Assembly (NCBI RefSeq): GCF_022045235.1
Contig: NW_027266308.1
Location: forward strand, 57,722,001 to 57,786,000
DNA: 64,000 nucleotides
Source: Haliotis cracherodii
Lineage: Eukaryota
Direction: 5' to 3'
Under the pieces are notes generated by a model. It was not told where the DNA came from, did not search any database, and saw nothing but the letters and a program-made list of their open reading frames with translations. Each line of letters begins with the position of its first letter. The first letter of the stretch is position 1. The translations under genes were made by a program, and so were the position numbers. This document shows, piece by piece, positions 63,042 through 64,000 of the stretch.

Positions 63042-63889
63042 GACATCAATAGATACTCGATTTAGATTCTCTACTTACTACAATTTGGAATTGGTTTCGG
63101 CTCATTGTTACTGTACATTACGGGACGCCGTTTCGTTGCCAGGCGTTTGAATTGATAACAGAGCTCAGCAAAATATATTGACAATTTGGCAGGGTATATT
63201 TTTTCCAGTTGCACAAACGCTGTAGCTGGGTGTAAGGAAATTTATCAAAACATGATTGACCAATCAAATGTAAGGTGGGATAAATAAATATATATCCACA
63301 TACAAATCTCTTTTTATAATACGATTGAAGTTGATTTATACCCGTGATATACACCAAGGCACAATGGCCATTCAGACTGAAAGATAAGGATATGGACTCC
63401 ATACCCCCAAATGACAACAAAGCAGTAATGGTAAAAACCAATCCGCCATCAAGAATCAGCAGAAAAGAAACTTGGATCACACGAATGCATTTCCACACTT
63501 TGAATATGATTCGTAATAGTGTAAAACTAAATTATCCAAATCACAATAATATACTAAAATAAAATTAGAAAAACATAATAATGTAATTTCACTCCTTTGA
63601 GGTCTACCAAATAAGTAGATTTAAGTGACTTTCCATTTACAAATCTGTGGAGATTTCTCTTAGGTAGCAGGGATCGTGTACTCTCTCTTATCCGACGTTG
63701 CCATATTGGCGTGGAAGTCATGATGAGGCTTCACAAATTGTAAATGATGTGGAGATCCGAACCCAGACCTTCTGTGTGATGAGTAATGAATTACCCGCTA
63801 GGCTACATCAACGCCATAACGGGTGTTCGATTATAGAGACCGCGGTTGCTTCGTGCTGCAAGAATACACAACTTGAATGTCCCATTCAT

Positions 63890-64000
63890 CTAGAATTTCG
63901 GAGGGACTTCCTGGGAAGGCGATGAGGGTGAATGTTTAGGGGATGGTAAACAGGGCAGACAGGTCAGTCGGCCATTCCTCCACAGCACGAACAGTCCCCC
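63890..64000 (-). CDS. Last exon (partial) of a second, tandem TMEM179-like paralogue
   Basis: GGLFVLWRNGRLTCLPCLPSPKHSPSSPSQEVPPKF* aligns with GGLLVLWRTGRMPCLPCRPPTQQSTPSRSVEIPEKY* of the 53345 exon. Confidence 0.8.
   Translation of the reverse strand, partial: GGLFVLWRNGRLTCLPCLPSPKHSPSSPSQEVPPKF

Overview
Eukaryotic (animal) genomic DNA with introns, many SINEs and one assembly gap. The repeat content suggests a mollusc, possibly a gastropod; this is inference, not proven. Genes reconstructed by hand from splice sites: MRCK/CDC42BP first coding exon (-), FBXO48 (+, 3 exons), FIBP (-, 10 exons) head-to-head with eIF4A3 (+, 11 exons), and a TMEM179-like gene (-, 5 exons) with the last exon of a tandem paralogue at the window end. 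One eIF4A3 intron holds eight U54/SNORD54-type C/D snoRNAs. The most unusual object is a young ~15 kb Ty3/gypsy-type LTR element (33887-48848). It has 1 kb LTRs with TAT...ATA ends, a CAAA target duplication and a tRNA-Ala-like PBS, but no recognisable gag or pol. It keeps an intact 843-aa F-type env with an extra second-TM/YPxL tail, a downstream BTB-like/C4HC3-finger accessory gene and two arrays of RNA hairpins. Its 5' LTR is split by a 3.3 kb long-TIR DNA transposon. Also present: a decayed Tc1 element, MITEs, four SINE families, a LINE fragment, and FIBP minisatellites that copy exon/intron junctions. All family assignments come from recalled motifs; no database searches were run.
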